From contig CAZSLS010000004.1 in the NCBI GenBank assembly GCA_964607575.1, forward strand, positions 22,960-86,959: a stretch of DNA of 64,000 nucleotides, written 5' to 3'. The DNA is from an uncultured Planctomycetaceae bacterium (GTDB lineage: Bacteria > Planctomycetota > Phycisphaerae > SM23-33). The number at the start of each line of letters is the position of its first letter. Within the stretch, counting starts at the first letter, position 1. Position numbers and translations under genes: made by a program. Positions 58,414-64,000 of the stretch are shown here, one piece after another. The notes beneath the pieces were generated by a model that saw only the letters and a list, made by a program, of their open reading frames with translations, was not told the origin of the DNA and did no database searches.

Positions 58414-60098
58414 CGTCTGGACCCCCCGTATCTGGATCTTCCGGATCCGCCGGACCTGCGATATCCGCTGGATCCGGATCTCGAACTTCCGTTGCGCAAC
58501 TGTCTGGCCGAATCGTCATCGGCCGGACGCGGAACGTGTTTGTGTTTGGTCAGGTCCACCGGCATCCCGGGCTTGACCGTCAGCGTGATTTCTTCGCTGT
58601 GTGTGTAATCGCCCCGGTCGCTGGGCCCTGAGCCCTTGGACTGGGGGTTGTATCCCACATCGGCCAGGCGGGCCTTGAAATCATCGAGCACCTGGTGACC
58701 TTTGGCGTAGGCTTTGAAAGTTATCGTACCGCGTCTTTCGGTTTTGAAGCTGGACCTGAGGTAAAGATCCCTGCAACCCGGGGCCAGTTGGCTTATCAGC
58801 GCCAGATGGTCCGCCCAGTTGGTGCGGGCATTCAACCATGCGTCGACGGTCTTGCGGCGCCGGGCCATTTGGAGGTGGCCTTGCGTGGCTTTTTTGAGTT
58901 TCCTTTCCCGGCTCTTATAACCTGCGAGGGTTTCTTCCTTTCCGCCGAGGTAGAACCCTCTTGCCACCATGACCATACCCAGGAGCAACACCACCGCGGC
59001 TGCGATGATCGCCACTCGCGTCTTCATTACGTTGTGCTGCACCGGCGGGCGTTTGGGATTGAGGAAGTCAAAGGGCAGGTCCTGTCCCTGGTGCGCGATG
59101 GCAAGACCGATCGTCGCTGAATACGCCGAGGCGTTTTCGCGAGTGGGCAAATCCAACGCACCGGCCGGAGAGAGCAACTCACACTGTATTCCCAGCTTGC
59201 CCTCGACGCCCCCGAGCACCTGCGTTTCAATTCCCGTCCCGCCTGCGATCAGCACGGCGGTGATCTCACCGTGATGCTGGGCCGAACTGTAACTGTGAAT
59301 GCTGCGAACTATTTCGCGAACGACCAATTCAACCGAGCGCCTCTTCTGGTCGGTTCCGCCGGGGGGTACGCGCACCACCGCCGACCTGCAGAATGCCAGC
59401 GAATTGCCCTTCAATACGTTGATTTCGGTTTCGTTGCTGGTGATGTTAACGGACATCACCGTCTCGTCTTCTCCGCGCCGCACGCAGGCGTCGACGCATT
59501 TCATGTTCGCGTAAGGTCTGAGGCCCAGGCGCCAGAGTTTGATACCGGCAGCTTCGGCTATCCGGCGGTAGTGATCCACCACCTCGGTGGATACCGCCCC
59601 GACCAGAACGCCGATACCGGCGTCCTGATCGTGTCCGTTGGTCGATTCGGCGAGATCGAGGTGGCTGGTGATTGTGAAGTCTATGACGGATTCTTCGGGG
59701 GTGAATGGCAGGTCCTTTTCGACCTGGAAGCGGATCATCGAGGCCATTTCCTCCGGCAGGGTTCCCGGCGGAAGGGTCAGCGGTTTGAGAACCGCCTTTC
59801 CGCGCGGGACGCTCATCAGCACGCCGCATCGTCTCAGGGAGGTCTTGGTGTTCTTCGAGAAATCCTTCAGTGTCAGGGCGAGGAACTTGCCCGTAGCTTC
59901 GGCATCGTTCAGGTCGAGTTCCGCGGGCACGGGGTTGGAATAGAGAGTCTCGATGTTCGTGATCTTGCCCGTCCGCCGCGCGTGAACTATCCGCACGAAC
60001 TCGCTGTCGAAGTCAATAGCCACGAAACCCCTGGGCACGGAGGGGCTCATCCGCTGCTTCAGCTTGTTTATCAATGCGTTGTCGGTCAGTGATGCCAT
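58410..60098 (-). CDS. PilM/GspL-like actin-fold protein fused to a PilN-like periplasmic domain
   Basis: VAIDFDS; LTLPP...MIRFQVEKDLPF..EE..IDF; FDFLNPKRP before the TM; periplasmic coiled coil. The start overlaps the gspK stop (TGATG). Confidence 0.75.
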   Translation of the reverse strand: MASLTDNALINKLKQRMSPSVPRGFVAIDFDSEFVRIVHARRTGKITNIETLYSNPVPAELDLNDAEATGKFLALTLKDFSKNTKTSLRRCGVLMSVPRGKAVLKPLTLPPGTLPEEMASMIRFQVEKDLPFTPEESVIDFTITSHLDLAESTNGHDQDAGIGVLVGAVSTEVVDHYRRIAEAAGIKLWRLGLRPYANMKCVDACVRRGEDETVMSVNITSNETEINVLKGNSLAFCRSAVVRVPPGGTDQKRRSVELVVREIVRSIHSYSSAQHHGEITAVLIAGGTGIETQVLGGVEGKLGIQCELLSPAGALDLPTRENASAYSATIGLAIAHQGQDLPFDFLNPKRPPVQHNVMKTRVAIIAAAVVLLLGMVMVARGFYLGGKEETLAGYKSRERKLKKATQGHLQMARRRKTVDAWLNARTNWADHLALISQLAPGCRDLYLRSSFKTERRGTITFKAYAKGHQVLDDFKARLADVGYNPQSKGSGPSDRGDYTHSEEITLTVKPGMPVDLTKHKHVPRPADDDSARQLRNGSSRSGSSGYRRSGGSGRSRYGGSRR

Positions 60099-61498
60099 CA
60101 GTCGCCGGCTTGCTCCTGTAGGTTTTCCAGGGCAAACGGCATGCCCAGGGAGGTCAGGTCGCGGAGATAAAGGATCCGCGGCGAGGTCGACGCCAGATCC
60201 ACAATCGCTTCGAGCACACAGTAACGCCCGCTGTTTATACCGTAGCCAACCACCTGAATACGATACTGGAAACCGCGCGCCGTTAACAGCGGTGCTATCG
60301 TCTTGAATTTGTCCGCCCCGACCAGATCGTTGGCGTACAACCATGCGGTGGTCGCTTTTTCTTCCGGAGTGAGATCCGCGCGGATCGAAACGATCCGGTC
60401 GACCAGGTCGGCGCTGTCGCCGCCGAGGACAGCCAACAACGCTTCGGGCGGGGCGGTATTGACGTTAATCGCCGCACTCCAGGCCGTTGAGCTGCTGGAT
60501 ATCGTCAGCTTGTCGAGTACCTTGGCCAGATCGCCCGCCGAGTTGACCCCCGACTGGCGAGTCTCGCTCCTGCCGGAGCTGCCCGAACTCCGGGACGTGT
60601 AGCTCATGTTCAGCAACTCGCTGGGATGGGTAAATTTTTTACCGCCGGTCTGGCAGAACTCGATGAACTCGGCCGTCGTCCTGCCTACCGCCCTGCGAAG
60701 CGCCCTGGTGTCCAACCGCCCGTTGATATTGATGCGTGCCTGGTTCTCGTTATCGACGTTGCGATCGTAGGCAATTGTCGTCAGCAGCGACCGCAGCCCC
60801 TGGTTGAGTATTCCGTCGCCGTCGTCGTCGGGGTGGGTGTCTTCGCCGTCGTCCTCATTCGGATCGAGCAGACCGTTGAAGTTGGCGTCCTCGCCGTATA
60901 CTAGTGTCCCGTCGAATCCCTTGACGAGCAGCAGTTCTTCTACGGTCATCAGCGACCCGTTTCGGATGGCGTAGGGATGGGCCAACTGGTTGTAGTACTC
61001 CTGCTCGGCGCCGTTTTCCTGGGGCTCGTCGTCCGAGTCGCGGAAATCGATCAGGCAGTCGACCAGTTCGGCGGTCATGTTCGGAAGGCCTTCGAGCACC
61101 TTGCGCGAGGCGGTGTTGATGTTGATCTTCCCGGCGGTATCGCTTACCCCGTAGCGGATTTCCGTATCGTCCTGGTCGTTATAGGCGTAGATCGTGAAGT
61201 ACCACTCGTCGCTACCGTCGTTGCAGACGAACTGGTCGGCGTAGAGGTCGGGGTTGTCGTAATTACCGCCCTCGGTCGGCGGTTGGGCCAGTATCGCCAT
61301 CGCGTGTTTGATTCCGCTGAAGGCGGTAGACCAGGCCTGGTCGCCCCGCACGTACGAGCCCGAAGCGGCGACTTCAGCCTGCATGCGGTACATCACAGAG
61401 GCGGCGATCATCGTTGATATCGCGCTGACGACCAGGATGGCGTAGAGCACCATGCCCGCCCGTCTTCTGCACCTGCGGATTGTCAGGGGGTAAACCAT
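60098..61498 (-). CDS. gspK: Type II secretion minor pseudopilin GspK
   Basis: RRAG|MVLYAIL (no E5); GKININTA; IDFRDSDD; GAEQEYY; TVEELLLVKG; acidic Ca-binding loop EDANFNGLLDPNEDDG; INVNTAP. Confidence 0.88.
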   Translation of the reverse strand: MVYPLTIRRCRRRAGMVLYAILVVSAISTMIAASVMYRMQAEVAASGSYVRGDQAWSTAFSGIKHAMAILAQPPTEGGNYDNPDLYADQFVCNDGSDEWYFTIYAYNDQDDTEIRYGVSDTAGKININTASRKVLEGLPNMTAELVDCLIDFRDSDDEPQENGAEQEYYNQLAHPYAIRNGSLMTVEELLLVKGFDGTLVYGEDANFNGLLDPNEDDGEDTHPDDDGDGILNQGLRSLLTTIAYDRNVDNENQARININGRLDTRALRRAVGRTTAEFIEFCQTGGKKFTHPSELLNMSYTSRSSGSSGRSETRQSGVNSAGDLAKVLDKLTISSSSTAWSAAINVNTAPPEALLAVLGGDSADLVDRIVSIRADLTPEEKATTAWLYANDLVGADKFKTIAPLLTARGFQYRIQVVGYGINSGRYCVLEAIVDLASTSPRILYLRDLTSLGMPFALENLQEQAGD

Positions 61499-61501
61499 AA
61501 C

Positions 61502-62266
61502 TTACCTGCGTCCCCCCCCGGGCCCGCCGCGGATGATCGTGCCTTCAGTTTTCATCACCGAAAGCGGTAGATAGATCAGGCGCTTCGACGCCTGACCGGG
61601 GTACTCTTCGGGCTCTTCGTCTTCGGTCTCCATTGCAGTCATCTCGTCCTCGTAGACCGGTTCGTCTCCGAGCGTCACTTCCACCGCCAGGGGCAGGCCC
61701 TGGTCGGCGGTCCACACTTTGGTCCACGACTCCCCGTCGTAATAAGCCAACCGCAGATACTTCAGCTTGTCGGTCACCAGCGCCACGCGGATATTCTCGC
61801 CTTCTTCGGCTTCGGGCGCGTCCAGGAGCTTCTGGCACGTGCGTTCGATGCCGACAACGTACTCCTCGCCGTCTTCATCTTCACGGATCGCCTGGCGGTA
61901 GGTGACCAGCCGTATGTCGGTTTCCGGCGGGATAGGTTGGTCGAGGATGTTTCGGTCGACCCACACTGACTTCCCGGGGACGGCAGTAGTGACGAACGCG
62001 ATGTAGTCGGCTTCTCCGGCGATACCCAGACCGAGCCTCCGCATGCTCATCGCGCATTGCAGTTCTGTGGTTATTCTCCGCATCAGCGACCTGCGGGACA
62101 CGATCTCTTGGGTCTTGGCGTTTATACTATCCCGCGCCGAGGCAATATGGCTCGTAAACCAGATCGCCGAGCCCATCAGACCGACTATCAAGCCGACGGC
62201 CAGAATCACTTCGAGCAGGGTGAAGCCCGCGCACCTGCGCCGCCGGTGTGTGGTTTGCGGGATCAT
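61502..62266 (-). CDS. gspJ: Minor pseudopilin, GspJ-like
   Basis: Prepilin motif AG|FTLLEVILA; C-terminal YYDGESW...LPLAVEVTL. Confidence 0.75.
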   Translation of the reverse strand: MIPQTTHRRRRCAGFTLLEVILAVGLIVGLMGSAIWFTSHIASARDSINAKTQEIVSRRSLMRRITTELQCAMSMRRLGLGIAGEADYIAFVTTAVPGKSVWVDRNILDQPIPPETDIRLVTYRQAIREDEDGEEYVVGIERTCQKLLDAPEAEEGENIRVALVTDKLKYLRLAYYDGESWTKVWTADQGLPLAVEVTLGDEPVYEDEMTAMETEDEEPEEYPGQASKRLIYLPLSVMKTEGTIIRGGPGGGRR

Positions 62267-62715
62267 GGCGCGAGCCCTCCGGCGACGTCAGCGGGCTCGT
62301 CTTCGGTTTCTTCGGTTTCCGGCGGTTCGGCGATGAGGAATCGCGTCGAGTACGTATAACCGGACGGGACGTTGGTTATGACGACCTGCACACGCAGCAA
62401 TTGCGGGCCGTCCAGTTCCAGTTCCGCGTCGAGTTCGACATCTTCGGTGATGATCTCCCAGGTCCAGTCGGCAAGCGATTCGTCTTCTTCGTATTCGTTA
62501 GGTCCGTCGTCCTCGGGCGGGAGAATACCGATATGCATCTCCGATACCTTGCTGATCGCCAGGTCGGCGGCTTCGGATTCCAGGCGCATTGTCCTCAGTG
62601 AGCGGAAGCACGAATGCACTCCGACCATCACGCCAAGGGCCGTCATCGCGAAAATCGCGGTTGCCAGCACTATCTCCAGCAGCACCATGCCGCGAAGATT
62701 ACTCCGAGTTTTCAT
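62263..62715 (-). CDS. gspI: Minor pseudopilin, GspI-like
   Basis: LRG|MVLLEIVLATAIF; LAISKVSE; WTWEI; LLRVQVVI; located between the H-like and J-like genes. Confidence 0.7.
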   Translation of the reverse strand: MKTRSNLRGMVLLEIVLATAIFAMTALGVMVGVHSCFRSLRTMRLESEAADLAISKVSEMHIGILPPEDDGPNEYEEDESLADWTWEIITEDVELDAELELDGPQLLRVQVVITNVPSGYTYSTRFLIAEPPETEETEDEPADVAGGLAP

Positions 62716-63412
62716 CTTCCTCGTCTGCAAAGGGATCTTCCTCGTCGTCCGCGGCTTGCCCGTAGAGAATGCGAGTGGTTATGAGATTGTTTTCCCCGTC
62801 GAGCTTTACAGCCGCCCGCAGCGAATCGCCGAGGTCCGCAGACTCCAGCTCGATGAGAACCGAGTCGCTCGTACCGTCCGGATTAAACGTGATAGTTTGC
62901 ATTTCGCTGCTGTCGTCCTCGTCGCCGGCGCTGGTTGGCGCTTCGTCAATGGGCTGCCCGTCAGGCCCGGTGGTCCGACACCTGGTGACCGCGATCCGAT
63001 CTCGGGGTATCCTGGAAATCCACGGGCATGTTTTGTGGGCTTCGAACTGTCCCGGCTCGCTCAGCGGCGCCGGTTCCCAGAGCAGCGCCGGAAGGCGGGT
63101 CTCTTCATCGAACGCCAACCGGACCCGGCGTGCCGAATTCGCCGCTTCGGCGCGGGCCATCCGAAGAGTTGTCTCCAGGCGGTCGACGGCGTACTCGAAG
63201 TTCCTGCGATCGTTCGACGACATTCCCGAGACAATAATGACTACCAGAATGACTGAAATCAGCGCGATGGCGATCGTTACTTCCAGAAGCGTAAAGCCTC
63301 CGCCGGGGCGCATCGGCCGCGAAAACGGCGCAGAGGCGCCCGCGCCCCTTTTACGTCGAGTCCCCGGACTCGATTCGACGAGCCCGGGGCAGGATGGACT
63401 GCTTCGATGCAT
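62699..63412 (-). CDS. gspH: Minor pseudopilin, GspH/FimT-like
   Basis: GG|FTLLEVTIAIALI; LRMARAEA; ITFNPDGTS. The true start may be further downstream (MRPGGG at ~63313). Confidence 0.72.
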   Translation of the reverse strand: MHRSSPSCPGLVESSPGTRRKRGAGASAPFSRPMRPGGGFTLLEVTIAIALISVILVVIIVSGMSSNDRRNFEYAVDRLETTLRMARAEAANSARRVRLAFDEETRLPALLWEPAPLSEPGQFEAHKTCPWISRIPRDRIAVTRCRTTGPDGQPIDEAPTSAGDEDDSSEMQTITFNPDGTSDSVLIELESADLGDSLRAAVKLDGENNLITTRILYGQAADDEEDPFADEEDENSE

Positions 63413-63433
63413 TTTTCGTATCCCGGCGACCTG

Positions 63434-63907
63434 CTAAACGCCGTCTTCCTCGTCTTCCCAGCTCTTGATGTCGTCGCCTTCGCCGCTGTCGTCTTCGCCG
63501 TTGGGCCCGTGAGACCACACCTGGAGCACCTGCCTGGTCGTATCACCCTGCTCCTGGTCCACCAGTTGATAGCTGATCTCGTTGCCCCAGGGGTCCTTGA
63601 GCTGTTTGCGGGTGATGTATGGTCCGGCCCACTTACCGGCCATCGAATCATCGTCGAATGCGGGCATGGTGACCAGGGCGTTGAGACCGCCTTCGTCTTC
63701 AGTGGGATAGTGCCCGATATTCAGATTGTATTTCCCGAGTTCCCCCGCGAGCATCTTAATCTGGATATCGGCGGTATCGACCCTCGACTTCGACCATTGC
63801 GGGATGACATTGACTGCCACCACAGTCGCGAGAATGCCAACGATCGCAATCACCAGCAGTACCTCGACAAGCGTAAAGCCGCGAGTTTTTCTGTTCCGTC
63901 TTGTCAT
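63434..63907 (-). CDS. gspG: Type II secretion major pseudopilin GspG
   Basis: RG|FTLVEVLLVIAIVGILA; YNLNIGHYPT..GGLNALV; W.GPY; KDPWGN; SHGPNG..GDDI. Confidence 0.93.
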   Translation of the reverse strand: MTRRNRKTRGFTLVEVLLVIAIVGILATVVAVNVIPQWSKSRVDTADIQIKMLAGELGKYNLNIGHYPTEDEGGLNALVTMPAFDDDSMAGKWAGPYITRKQLKDPWGNEISYQLVDQEQGDTTRQVLQVWSHGPNGEDDSGEGDDIKSWEDEEDGV

Positions 63908-64000
63908 GTTTTTGTCCTTTCAAGTTTCGTGTTGCGACATCGGCGGGCGGTCGTTCCGCCAGGCCGCAGTTTATCGCTATAGTTTATTGAAACTGACTCG

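Overview
This is a GC-rich (about 60% by eye) bacterial chromosome segment, most likely from a Planctomycetota (Phycisphaerae-like) organism. That placement is inferred from PEP-CTERM proteins, HzsA-like proteins, DUF1080, a prenyltransferase-repeat protein, a kinase-TPR-LRR receptor and recurring 'TTRPA/TTQPA' linkers. The left half holds a TPR/HEAT protein plus two-component operon with a candidate autoregulatory direct repeat, phosphomannomutase behind a structured leader, an exported Arg/Gly/Phe repeat protein, two HzsA-like diheme proteins each divergent from a Gfo/Idh/MocA oxidoreductase, a non-canonical NRAMP-like transporter and signalling genes. The middle holds a ~1900-aa PEP-CTERM surface protein split by a frameshift in a G8 tract and a Ser/Thr kinase-TPR-LRR receptor. 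The standout is the last 19 kb: a type II secretion-like operon (gspG-H-I-J-K, PilM/N-like and PilO/GspC-like fusions, secretin, lipoprotein). Its secretin is 3886 aa, with about 39 tandem N-domains by my manual count (canonical GspD has three after N0) and Arg-rich loops, while the pseudopilins are strongly acidic. I recognised no rRNA, tRNA, CRISPR array or transposase. All calls come from motif reading; no database searches were run.
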